This document shows positions 38,575-49,930 of a stretch of DNA of 49,930 bases, one piece after another. Source of the DNA: Octopus bimaculoides (lineage: Eukaryota); assembly GCF_001194135.2 (NCBI RefSeq), contig NC_068986.1, positions 3,024,923-3,074,852 of the forward strand, written 5' to 3'. The translations under genes and the position numbers were made by a program. The notes under the pieces were generated by a model. It was not told the origin of the DNA. It worked only from the letters and a program-made list of their open reading frames with translations, and did not search any database. Numbering within the stretch: position 1 is the stretch's first letter; the number at the start of each line of letters is the position of its first letter.

Positions 38575-38700
38575 TGACCATTTACAGGTGTAGTCCCTCA
38601 AGTGGTCTGGTGCCCTCTTTGATACCCTTCTGACAACTTTAGGGAACATGGAGCTCTCTAGTGCTATGAGGCAATTCACCTGACAGAAGACCAATCCAAG
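38575..38700 (-). mobile_element. Possible Ty3/Gypsy integrase C-terminal remnant
   Basis: PKVVRRVSKRAPDHLRDY resembles the RRSxRxxxxPxxLxDY end of Gypsy pol; weak evidence. Confidence 0.3.
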
Positions 38701-39001
38701 GTACAATCTATAACTTGCTGGTCACCGTTGCCGTCTTAGCCTGCAAAGCCACTGTGGTCAGAACTTCTAGTCCAAAGGGTGGGGATTGGATTGCGTGGAC
38801 TGACGCTCACTTTAAAACTATTTAGAACAGGGAAGACGAGAAAGCCCTGCGACATTAAGGATTTGTTTACTTGGGGCTGGGCCACTCTTCTTCATGACCT
38901 TTGGACACAAAGAAACAGCCAACATCGTCATTAGCAATAACAGCATACCAGCAACTATCGTAGTGTATGTGTGTGTGTATTTATATATGTTTATATATGA
39001 A

Positions 39002-39034
<33 letters not shown>

Positions 39035-39106
39035 ACATATATATTTGCTAATTAGAAATCAACCAGACATTTGGTTGCGATTGCATCGTAGTTTGTGTGG
39101 AGAATG

Positions 39107-39420
39107 ACATCAAACAATTAAATGGGGGCAGGGAAGGGGGAAGAAACCAAACAGTTATTACAGGAAGGGGGGGGGGAGAATCAAACAATTACTTTGAGAA
39201 GAAGAATGAGTGAAGCAATTACTTTGGTCAGATATGATAAGACCAACAGTTACTTGGAGCAAAAGCAGAAGTTAAACAATTACTTTGGGAGAAGAAATTA
39301 CTTTGGAGAGAAATCAAACAATTCTATTTTGTATAGGGAATGATATCAAACAATTATTTTCAGGAGGGGAAGACATCAAACAATTAATTTGAGCAGGAGA
39401 TAGAATCAAACAATTACAAA
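39107..39420. repeat. Degenerate array of tcaaacaatta(c)ttt motifs (about 11 units)
   Basis: Direct reading; seven exact AACAAT, all in one orientation. Confidence 0.8.
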
Positions 39421-39505
39421 TAATGAGTGATTATAAAGGACTAATGTTTATTTATTATCAAATATTTTTAGCTTTGATATTTTTCAATTTCTTTATTAAA
39501 TTGCT

Positions 39506-39552
<47 letters not shown>

Positions 39553-39668
39553 CACTATATGTAAATAATCCTATCATAAAATGTATTTACATACAGCCAA
39601 TGGAGGTGAACTCAACAGATGCTAAGAGTATTACTGTTGACAATAAGAAATATTAAGGATAATCTTAC

Positions 39669-39731
39669 CTTAAAGCAGTGAGATTTTTCGTATTCTTGCA
39701 CATTGGTAGCAAAATCGGAATCTGGTGATAA
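39669..39731 (-). CDS. CHN1/2: Chimaerin linker/C1-start exon (63 nt), LSPDSDFATNVQEYEKSHCFK
   Basis: tttaaacag|TTA...TTT AAG|gtaaga; phase 0-0; YEKxHxFK motif carries the first C1 His. Confidence 0.9.
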
Positions 39732-40859
39732 CTGTTTAAATTGAAAGAATAAACAAATAAATAAATACTGTACATATTCAACATGACAAAAATTATGAAA
39801 TTTAATGTATGAGAAGAAATATATTTTCCTGTGGGTCAATTTCAATACTAAGATAATCAGAGCAATAAAATACTAAACAGTTTTAGAATCCTGCTTTTTC
39901 AAACAAATTTTTTGTAATATTAATATTTTATAGTTGTTGAGTTGTTGTTGAGTCTGAGATAAGCTTTCACTGAACAGAACTATAGCAGAAGGCATTCTGG
40001 CCGTGATCATCTTATTTGAGGCACCTGAGTAACTCTTGCAGCAATCTCAAGTGTTGTGGATTCCTTATTTCATGCCCGTTGTCCATGCTGGTATGGGTTG
40101 AACAGTTTGACAAGGGCTGGCCAGCTGCAGCAGCTTCCAGTCTCATTTGGCATGGCTTCTACATCTGGATGCCCTTCCGAACACTAACCACTCTACAAAG
40201 TGCGCTGGATGTTATAACATGGCATCGTACAGGTGCTTTTACGTGGCACTGCTTTGGCCCAGAAACCTTCAGTTTCTGTCTACCAAATCCACTCACAAAG
40301 TTTCGTGAGTGGATTTGGCATTGTGTAACTCTTGAAAGCAAGGCTTGTAAGATTTTTTGCACCACTGTAACTAGTTTTGCTGAGCCATGGCTACCATCAA
40401 CAAGATTATGGAATCTAAAGACATAGCAGTCCTTGAATCTGGTGGTGATTTACAAGACACCTGCCTATAGGACTGCAGCCAAGTGGACTGGATCAGCATG
40501 AAATGATGTACATTGTGCTCAATGAGTTGGTATGCCACTCAGTCCAGGAATCAAATCTATGACCCAGCAAGTTTTAAACCACTTGGCCATATGCCTTAAT
40601 AAAATAAATTTGAAAAAGAACAAATGCCATAAAAATAGAAGTCAAGCAGATGATTGCTATTGAGTTATGATTTGGCAGCTTCAGCATAGAAATGCCCATC
40701 ACAAGGTCCAATCTTTGTTGCAGTGCAATGGTTTGTGTGCCACAATGACCCTGAGAGCCAGGCCAGCAAAGTACAAACTCCTAGTAGGGCCTCTCATGCT
40801 GGACAGATCAAAGGACACCAGGCTAACATGGAATACCTCTTTCCAGTGGCAAAAATAGG

Positions 40860-41035
40860 TTTGTATGACACCAACATCCCTACATAGACAAAAAAGCAAA
40901 GTTACAGAAACATCAATGACAATTCCAACCCAACAAGATCTCAGGCAGTGAGGCTTTCAGCCCAAAGTTGAGAACAGTGGAGAAAAATCGCTGATGGCCT
41001 ATGCTCCATGGAGAACAAAGGGCTTATATAAATAA
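40860..41035 (+). mobile_element. Second RTE-type LINE 3' end (different subfamily)
   Basis: AQS*EQWRKIADGLCSMENKGLI* resembles the RTE-1 terminal motif W..V.GLCS. Confidence 0.5.
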
Positions 41036-41714
41036 AAAGATGTGCAGCCCTTTGGAGGTCTTGCTAAGCAATTTCTATGAACATATACAAGGGAAATAAT
41101 TTGAAATTTAAATTTGAAAATAGAATATAGGTATGCAACTAGGAGTGACAATTCTAAACATGTTTCAGTATTATGAAACCTCCTCAGTGAAGTGAAGCCT
41201 AAGCCAGTGATTCTCATGAGGGGTAGAAAGCTATGAAGATCAAAAAGAGAACAGACTAACTGCCATTTAAACTGGCCATATCTGACCCAAATAATCTATC
41301 TGTTTTATGTTCAAACAGGCCACATCTGGCCTTTCACACCGATCCTACAATGTCATTTTACAAATAAACGACCACTTCATCAAAATCTCAAAGCTAGGAG
41401 ATAATGCATGATAAATTTAAAACAATGTGAATAAATAATTATTACATTTGATAGATTAATCTGAAAGCTAAAGGGATAATTGGATGGTTTTTAAACTTAT
41501 GTGGTACCATGGCCAAACAAATAACTATATGTGTAAACTACCTTGTATTCTTCTTATTAAAGAGAGGGGTAAAAAAATTTTCACTATTACTTTAGTAGGA
41601 GTAGAGGTGAGGGATAGGGTTTGAAAGTTTGAGAGCCACTACCAATACGACTTGATCTTAATATGAAAGAAAGTGTGAACATTGATACATGTGAAGTAAT
41701 ATAAAAGAATGATT

Positions 41715-41765
<51 letters not shown>

Positions 41766-41978
41766 ACAACCTTGCAAGGAAAAGAAATAGTTAAGTTGGT
41801 GCTAAACTATGTAACATACAGTGAACCCCAAAAATTTCTTAATTAATTAAAATTAGTCATGGGGTGGAGAAAAATTCATTATCTTGATTAATTATTTTAA
41901 CTATTGCTAAAGTTATGCTAAAAAAGTGGTTCTGAAACAACAATTAAAATATAAATATGGTTGGCAATATTTTGAACA

Positions 41979-42021
<43 letters not shown>

Positions 42022-43264
42022 GCAATAAGAATAATAATGATGGTGATGGTGATGATGATGATGATGATGATGATGATCATCATCATCATCATTTAATATC
42101 CATCTTCCATGCAGGATGGTTCACAGGAGCTGGCCAGATAGAAAAACTACCCTATGCTACCATGTCTGTTTTGGCAGGGTTTTACGGCTGGATGCCCTTC
42201 CTAACACCAACTATTCTACAGAGTAGACTCAGTGCTTTTTATGTGCAGTATTTATCACTTGTCTCCTGTTTTAAGTAAAGCAAATTTTTTTGCCTACTTC
42301 AATATAATTCTTTAGTTTTGTCTTTATATAATGGCTTCATATTTTGGCACAGGGCCAGCATTTTTTGAGGGGAGGAGAGAGTCGATTATATCAACCTGAG
42401 TACTTGACTAGTACTTATTGAGTTTGAAAAGATTAAAAGGTAAAGTCAACCTCGGTGGAATTAGAGCTCAGAATGTAAAGACAGACAAAATGCTGCTAAT
42501 CATTCTGTCAAACATGCTAACAGTTCCGCTAGCTCACCTTCTTAGACTTTGTATAATGGCAAAGGACATAGTATCTGACCTGTTGGGACACTATAGGGGG
42601 AAAATGAGGAATGTTTCAATACTTTGAGTTTGAAGATTACAGTATAAGTATATAGGATGTCTTGGGTTGAGACTATGAAGAAGGAACCCAAGAAAAAACA
42701 TACATCGGGTTTTCATAAGGGTCCAAAACTTCCCATGGTGAGAGCACAAGACCAAAGCAGAGACTTATGGACACATTCCATCCATCTCTACTATTGTCAC
42801 TCAACACAGGGTAGGGTTTGTTGGCCACAGCTATTGTGCTGAACAATTCAAGCCATAGATGTTGTATATTGGAGATGTCCAAGCCCAGTAGTTGAGAGGA
42901 TAAAGATCACTTCATTACATTGATGTTATTGATGCACACAAACATAAAACTGAGGATCTACTAAAGCTGAGTGGGGGGCGAGGGGGAGGACAGGGATTCC
43001 TGGCACAGCACAATGGAATGCATTTTAGTTATGGTCACTTGAGGAAGAAAGGTTATTGTTTTTACTTGAAGGCTTTTGTCTTCATTTCAAGTTTCTAAGG
43101 AAAAAACCCAGCCCTTCTCACAAGTTCAACCTCTGCCAAAGATTAAAACAAGCACTGGAAACTCAAATACTGCCTCTCTCATAAATTAACTCAGCAAATG
43201 GTAACTTTATACAACTGAAGTGAAGTAAACAATTGAAAGTTCACTATTTTTTGTTTATTTGAGG

Positions 43265-43314
<50 letters not shown>

Positions 43315-44035
43315 AGCAACTGTAAAACCTTATTAAAAGTGAGTTGTAGTCGGAAAGGTAAAAAGAGGAAGTAAATTCCAGAGGAAATACACAAAATTCA
43401 TTCATGGATGACTAACATTTGTCATTAAATGAATAAAAACATTATTAAAGCAACACAAGCCAACAAGGCAGCTTCTATGAGATCACTTGAGTAGTTAGAA
43501 ATAGCAGCCAAGTCTGTCTCAAACCACATCCTGCCATCTTAAAAAAAGTATACACATAGGATAGTGTAACCTACTAAATAACGACCAAAGTACACTTGTT
43601 CATTCATTCATTCATTTCTTTTACATGCTTTTCCATCACTAATCCTTACCTGCTTTTAGAGTAAAAGAGGGTTCATTCCATTCCTATCTAAAAGCACAGT
43701 CACCAGATGTTTTTCTTTTTCTTTTTTGATAGGAAAATGTCACTCAGTGAGTGACACTTGAGTTACGTAGGATGGTGTTTTTTGCTGATGCCATTATCCA
43801 TAGCTTAGAAATTTTTCGAAGCATTGCAGACTGTAAAACATTCACACAGACACAGACATACACAATGGGCTTTGTACAGTTTCTATCTACCAGATTCACT
43901 TACAAGGCATTGGTTGGCCTGGGACTACAATAGAAGACACTTGCCCAAGTTTCTGCAGAGTGGGACCAAATGCAGAACCAAATGTTTGCAAAGCAACCTT
44001 CTTAGCCACACAGCAGCTTTTCCTTGAGAAAAGCA

Positions 44036-44254
44036 GTGTAATGGTCAAGATTTTAATGTGTAATGGTCAAGATTTTAATGTGTAATGGTCAAGATTTTAA
44101 TGTGTAATGGTCAAGATTTTAATGTGTAATGGTCAAGATTTTAATGTGTAATGGTCAAGATTTTAATGTGTAATGGTCAAGATTTTAATGTGTAATGGTC
44201 AAGATTTTAATGTGTAATGGTCAAGATTTTAATGTGTAATGGTCAAGATTTTAA
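44036..44254. repeat. Perfect 22-bp tandem repeat x10 (gtgtaatggtcaagattttaat)
   Basis: Identical units, no spacers. Confidence 0.97.
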
Positions 44255-44382
44255 ATGCTTTTCATTATAAATCTGTTCAATCAGGTCTGATTTAGGACTA
44301 AATAACAACAACAACAATTGATATGAATTAAAATGGATGTGAAGTATCTAAAACAAAACAAAGCTAAAACAACAACAATAAT

Positions 44383-45058
44383 AATCCTTTCTACAAAAGG
44401 CACAAGACCTGAAATTTTTGAGGGAAGGGACTAATCAATTACACTGACCCCAGTGCTTCACTGGTACTTAATTTATCGACCCCAGAAGGATGAAAGGCAA
44501 AGTTGACCTTGGCAGAATTTGATCTCAGAATGTAAGGACGGATGAAATGCTACTAAGCATTTTGCCTGGTATGCTAACGATTCTGCCAGCTCACAACCTT
44601 AATGGTAATAATAACAATAGTCCTCTCTACTCCAGGTACAAGACCTGAACTTTTTTAGGAAAGGGGCTAGTCAATTACATTGACCCCAGAATTTGACTGG
44701 TATTTATTTTGTCATCTCTTGGGGGAACTTGAACTCAGTATGCAAAGAAGAATGAAATGCCACTAAGCAGTTTGTCTAGTGTGCAAACAGTTCTGCTAGC
44801 TCACTAACTTAATAATAATAATAATAACAATAACCCTTTCTATTATAGGCACAAGGCCTGAAATTTTGGGGTGGGGGCTAGTCAATTACATTGACCCCAG
44901 TGCTCAACTGGTATTTATTTCGATGATGATGATGATGATGAACTCTGAAAGTACGAAAGGCCAAGTCAACCTTGGCAGAATTTGAACAAAGAATGTACAA
45001 ATGGAGGAAATGCTGCCAAGCAATATTTCTGGTATGCTAGCAATTCTGCCAACTCACT
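44383..45058 (-). mobile_element. Three head-to-tail SINE family B copies
   Basis: Three repeats of cacaagacctgaa...gacccca...ttctgccagctcac separated by (AAT/AAC)n; another copy at 42335-42540. Confidence 0.8.
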
Positions 45059-45183
45059 GCCCCATGGCTGGTGCATCTCATTGGTTGCATTCCACTGCCA
45101 ACCCGCAAAAACAAGTCAAGCAAATGTCTGATGTTGTAAAAGCTAACAATTGATATTAAAAATGGATGCTATGTACTTAAATA

Positions 45184-45597
45184 ATCATCATCGTCGTTTA
45201 ATGTCCGCTTTCCATGCTGGTATGGGTTGGACGATTTGACTGAGGACTGGTAAAACCGGATGGCTACACCAGGCTCCAATCTGATCTGGCAGAGTTTCTA
45301 CAGCTGAATGCCCTTCCTAATGCCAACCACTCCGAGAGTATAGCGGGTGCTTTTACGTGCCACCGGCACGAGGGCCAGTCAGACGGTACTGGCAACGGCC
45401 ACACTCAAAAGGTGTTTTTTATGTGCCACCTGCACAGGAGCCAGTCCAGCGGCACTGGCAACGACCTCGCTCGAATGTCCCTTCACGTGCCAGGGAGACG
45501 ACGTTGGTAACGATCAACGGCCATGCTCGAAATGGTCTATTTTACGTGTCACCTGCATAGGGGCCAGTCCATTGGCACTGGCAACGGTCTCGTTCGA
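45184..45597 (-). mobile_element. RTE 3' UTR copy with internal sub-repeats
   Basis: Matches the reverse complement of about 13750-14130, including the ggcactggcaacg repeats. Confidence 0.85.
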
Positions 45598-45688
45598 AAA
45601 TAAATAAATAAATAAATTAATGAAATTATGAATGCCTGTTATTCAGAAACCAAAAAATGAGGTTTATGACATTTCTTTTGATTCTCAC

Positions 45689-45992
45689 CTGTTCGTCCGA
45701 GGAGTTATTTTCAACAGAACAATTTGATGTGGTAACTTGGTTGTTTGTACCGGTAGAGCTCCTCCGAGTGGTTGAGCGGGCCAACCTTTTCTTTTTGGTA
45801 CTGTAGGCAAGATATGGAGACTCGGCATAGTTTGAGATGGATAAGGATTCGATGTAGTCTGATGCCCGGGACTCCAGGTAAAATGTAATTAGTCCATCAG
45901 CAACAAGATCATGTATGGTGTCGAACCGCTTCTCACCTACATAGTGCTGGCCATCATGGTATAGTTTAAAATTTTTGGTCTGTCCATCAAAT
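45689..45992 (-). CDS. CHN1/2: Chimaerin SH2 exon 2 plus linker (304 nt), FDGQTKNFKLYHDGQHYVGEKRFDTIHDLVADGLITFYLE...NNSSDEQ
   Basis: cttttgcag|A TTT GAT...GAA CAG|gtgaga; open frame, close match to chimaerin [20 protein letters not shown]. Confidence 0.96.
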
Positions 45993-47431
45993 CTGCAAAA
46001 GACCAGTAAATTTATGAGTAATTACGACCAGCATTAAGTATATTATTTACATTGAAAATGATGGAAACATTCACTGAAACAATTTAACAGTTGCTACTCT
46101 GAGTAAATATAAAAAGATTTCCCATGAAATTTTACCCATGTTTGTCCAGCTGAACAACAAATAACACCTTGTTCATGATTTTTGCAAAATGTGAATTTTT
46201 CTTACTCAAAATTAATTTTTATTTTGACATTTCAGTGAACAAACGAGAGCACAAATGCTTCCAAAAATAAGTTTGCTGTGTAGATGTGATACTCTAGAAA
46301 GATCTGGTATATCACGATCATCATCATCACCATCCAACATCCATTTTCCATGTTGGCATGAGTTGGATGGTTTGACGAGAACTGGTGAGCCAGAGGAGTG
46401 TCTGCTTCGTATGGTTTCTACAGCTGGATGCCCTTCCTAGCATCATCCACTTTACAGTATGTACTGAGTACTTTTTATATGGTATCAGTACCAGTGAGGT
46501 CACTAAGTAACTAGCAAGACAAGACCCCTCAATTCAGGTAGGAGGGAGGAGTATTGAGGGAGGTGGGTATGTGCCATGTGACGTGAGGTTAAAGTATGAT
46601 AAAGGGACAGAAACAAGTGTCTTGCTTTAGAGGAGATACATGGTTACTCCAGTTGGAAAACAGAGAGGAGAGGGAAGAGATGAGAGCAAGAGAGTGGGAA
46701 GAGGGTGGTGAAGACTTTGTCAGGGTATAAACTTGGAATATAGGGAGGGGAATAAAGGGAAGTGGTACAGAAGATTGGACAGTTTAAGTGGGTAGGTAAA
46801 TTTGTGAGAGTGCAAAATACTTCACACACACAACAGGCTTCTTTCAGTTTCCAGCAACCACATCCATTCACAAAGTTTTGGCAGACCTGGGCCACTTGCC
46901 TGAGGTGTTGTGCATTGAGACTGTACCTGAAACCATGTGGCTAGGAAGCAAACTTTTCAACTGCACAGCTCTGTGTGTGTGTTGTGTGTGTTGATGGGGG
47001 TATGGTTATGAACTTGCCAACTTTTATGCAAGGACTTTTTATGCGGCACCAGTACTTTTTACATGTGAGCATGAACATCAATTCCTTGTATCATCAGAGC
47101 AGGATACAATGTTTACCTTCTCCCATAACTCAGCAGATGTATGAGGGCTAGTGGAATGAAAAATACTTTACTTGAAAATCAAGTAAGTGTTGGTGACAGG
47201 AAGAGTATCTGGTTGTAGAAAATCTGCCTAAATAAGTTTAGTCTACACCATGCCAACATGAAAATATGAATGTAAAAATATGATGATGATATACAATAGC
47301 ATACATACAAATTGTGGAGGAATTTATAAGTGATCTGATCTCAAAGTGCAAAAGTCTAATGTTAGAAGTGAAGAACAGGTAAAGATTATATAGATATATA
47401 TATATAGATATAAATTAATGGCAATTCTTAC

Positions 47432-47545
47432 CTGATGGCCAGAGTGAAGGCCTCAGGTGCTCGGTCACTCTTACGTACAAGATAAGAACCATCCTTGTCA
47501 TCAAGTAGTCGATCTGTATCTTCACGACTTATGTGCCCATGATAC
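47432..47545 (-). CDS. CHN1/2: Chimaerin SH2 exon 1 (114 nt), YHGHISREDTDRLLDDKDGSYLVRKSDRAPEAFTLAI(R)
   Basis: tatttcag|G TAT CAT...ATC AG|gtaaga; SH2 YLVR motif with the phosphotyrosine-binding Arg retained. Confidence 0.95.
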
Positions 47546-48378
47546 CTGAAATACCAAAGATGATTATTAAAAAGTATAAGAAGACACTGTCTTTACATAA
47601 AACAACAACAATTAAAAAAAAACTTGAGATATGAATAATATATTTAACCCCATCATTGCGGAAATCAGATATACCCAATCAAAATTTCGTTATTCCTTAC
47701 TGCGGAAAGCAACTTTATATACCAATCTATCTTTTGTTGAGAGATGTCAAATTTACTGAGGTAACCTGACTTGTAGAAAATAGCAATTCTGCTTTCTGGT
47801 AGATATTTAACATTATTACTTAGAAAAACTACGAAATTTGATTTTGCAGTTAAAAGGTTAAAATTATCAAAAATAATTTCTTTAAATTATCAAAATATAT
47901 AAAAAGACAGTTTTATATATATATAAAAAAATACTGAGACATACATAATATTTAACTTGATATTATGATCAAAAGCATTTTTTAAAATAACTTTTGAAAC
48001 GGGAAAACGCGAAGACTTTCTGAATTCTAAGATGGTCACATTTACCTCCCTTTATTCTAACAACGCTTAAAAGAGGAAATAACTAATTAATACTGGCTGT
48101 AAGTGCGAGTTACAGGAAAGGTTAGTTAAATAGAGAGTAAACAATGAAGACCTTTAGATATATTTCAGACAGTGAACTAAGCAAACCAGCCTGATCAATG
48201 GCTTACCATTAGATTTCAAAAGCCGTGAAGAGGAGAGAGAGAGAGGGTGTGTGTGTTTGTATTGTACGAGCGTGTTGTGTATGCGTGTGTGTGTGTGTGT
48301 TTGTGTGAGAGAGAGACAGACAGACAGAATGCGTGTATATGCATGTACGCGCGCATGCAGAGTGCATAAGTGCGCGTG

Positions 48379-48417
<39 letters not shown>

Positions 48418-48641
48418 GATAAAGGAGTAAATGTGAAATGCTTTCATGTTATAGCCACAGTTGGGATTTTAAAAGTATCATCAATGGAATTCTAAAAATT
48501 CTTGTCATGTTTTTTAATAAAAGACAACAAAACCAGGATACAGCAGAAAATGTTAACAATCTGACACAAACAATACAACAAAAGTCATGCCACAGAACTT
48601 ACAAAATACATATGAGAAAAAAAGTTTCATATTTTACTTAC

Positions 48642-48673
48642 TCTTTCCCATAAAAATAGGGTTTGTTTGGAAT
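48642..48673 (-). CDS. CHN1/2: Chimaerin 32-nt exon, IPNKPYFYGK(E)
   Basis: ttttcatttcag|ATTCCAAAC...GGGAAAGA|gtaagt. Phase 0 to 2; matches vertebrate VENRPKYYGRE and completes GAG with the next exon. Confidence 0.9.
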
Positions 48674-49329
48674 CTGAAATGAAAATAAAGGGAAAAATTT
48701 GTTAATTTGTTTTGTTTTTCTTCATTAATATTTTGTTGTTGTTTATTTGTAATTGTTGTGTTTAAGTTATTAGGTCATTTCCTTTGCACACCTCCCCTCT
48801 TTTATGAATCAGAGAAATAAAAAGAGGCTGCAAAGATTGATTTTGGATAAGAGTTATCACGACAGGATGAAAGCTAGTGCTATAGAACAGTGAGACTTTG
48901 GGACAAAATATGACATACAAAGTCTGATGCAAAGTTAATAGGAAATTAGTACAAGGTTTCAAGAAGAAGAAGAAGAGTGATGTGTGCAATGGGGTCAGTT
49001 AGAAACGAAGGCAATAAAATTCACAGAAGTAAAGTCTGTTATAGTAATATTAGAAAGGAACCATAAGTATGACAGCTGACATCGTTTATTTAACATGCCT
49101 TTCGATGGTGGCATGAATCTGGTGGGATTTGATTTTGAAGAAGGATTTTATGGCTGTATGCTCTTCCTGTTGCAAACCCTCAGCTGTTTTTCAGCTCAGT
49201 GATGTCCATTTTTGGACATTAATGGCAATAAAGAATATAAACATATTGTTCAAATGGTGACATGCAAAATATCAACATTCATACACATTTGTGTGTGTGT
49301 GTGTGTGTGTGTGCCTCATAAAAAGCACC

Positions 49330-49530
49330 TTTGCTGGTGCCATGTAAAAGCAGTCAATGCTCTCTGTAAAGTGGTCGGTGTTAGGAAGGGTATCCAGCTG
49401 TAGAAGCCATGCCAAAACAGATGACTGGGTCTGGTCCAACCCCCTGGCTTGCCAGCTCCAGCCAAACTGTCCAACCCATGCCAGCAGGGAGAACGAACAT
49501 TAAATGACAATGATGATGATGATGATGATA
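49330..49530 (+). mobile_element. RTE 3'-end copy, plus orientation
   Basis: ttaggaagggtatccagctgtagaa...gtccaacccatgccagca...(GAT)n. Confidence 0.8.
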
Positions 49531-49893
49531 TGTACATATACAACAAAGTTACTCTTATTTCTGTCTACCGACTTCATTCCTAAGGTATTGGTTGGCCCAG
49601 GGCTACAGCAGGGATTTCAATGAAATACTCATTTGTTAGTCACCATTACTTGGTCACTACATTATAATATATATATATATTGGTTTCAAATTCTGGCACA
49701 AGGCCAGCAAGTTCGGGGGTGGGGACAAGTCACAGGCAATGCTAGTTCAATGATCCAGTGTAATAATAATGAATATCAAATTTAACCTGGAGTAACTAGT
49801 ACTGAATGTTGGCTTGTATATGAGTATCAAAATTGAGTCTATAAAAGTTTTATACTTATGTGAGATATTCTATAGAAGATACTCAGCACCAAG

Positions 49894-49930
<37 letters not shown>

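Larger units (their letters stand above)
20178..48673 (-). other. CHN1/2: Chimaerin gene (SH2-C1-RhoGAP), 10 coding exons in window, 5' end outside window
   Basis: Ten GT-AG exons join in frame: IPNKPYFYGKE-YHGHISRE...SH2...[26 protein letters not shown] (C1)...GMYRVAG...LKLYFR...PENLAIVFAPTLM (RhoGAP)...QKELLR*. Domain order and motifs match vertebrate alpha2/beta2-chimaerin. Confidence 0.96.

Noticed and set aside
42673-42882. ORF as an alpha1/beta1-chimaerin-type alternative N-terminus
   Set aside because: The only good donor (CCGAT|gtatgt) is phase 2 and the next exon needs phase 0; no similarity to known N-termini.
44036-44254. CRISPR-like array
   Set aside because: Contiguous identical units with no spacers, in eukaryotic DNA with no cas genes.
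48207-48260. Alternative first exon ending ATG|gtaagc
   Set aside because: The ATG is out of frame with the 47545 exon, and the in-frame reading has TAA just before the donor.
48676-49930. Further upstream chimaerin exons (LYQLQ..AP.P motif)
   Set aside because: No matching exon found by manual scan; presumed beyond the window.

Overview
Eukaryotic, AT-rich, scaffolded genomic DNA with four N-gaps (8457-8661, 15406-16111, 18232-18750, 35934-35996), each bordered by (TA)n or A-runs. The microsatellite load and SINE/RTE-LINE content point to a coleoid cephalopod, most likely Octopus; this is an inference. The main feature is a minus-strand chimaerin (CHN1/CHN2-like, SH2-C1-RhoGAP) gene. I reconstructed 10 coding exons by hand between 48673 and 20178, all with GT-AG boundaries and consistent phases (1269 nt, 422 aa plus stop). 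The start codon and first exons are not in the window. The rest is intron/intergenic sequence filled with two tRNA-derived SINE families, 5'-truncated RTE LINEs and their (GAT)n-tailed 3' ends, a CR1/L2-group fragment, MITEs, a possible solo LTR and several minisatellites. The least explained region is 8.2-12 kb. It holds an RFX X-box/CCAAT promoter module, a duplicated 41-nt exon-like cassette, two in-phase minus-strand exon candidates with a C2HC zinc finger, and a hairpin-containing inverted repeat. Almost all ORFs in the supplied track are spurious (microsatellites, gaps, TE fragments). I see no CRISPR, rRNA or genuine tRNA. No clearly new biological system is demonstrable from sequence alone; the findings are testable leads.
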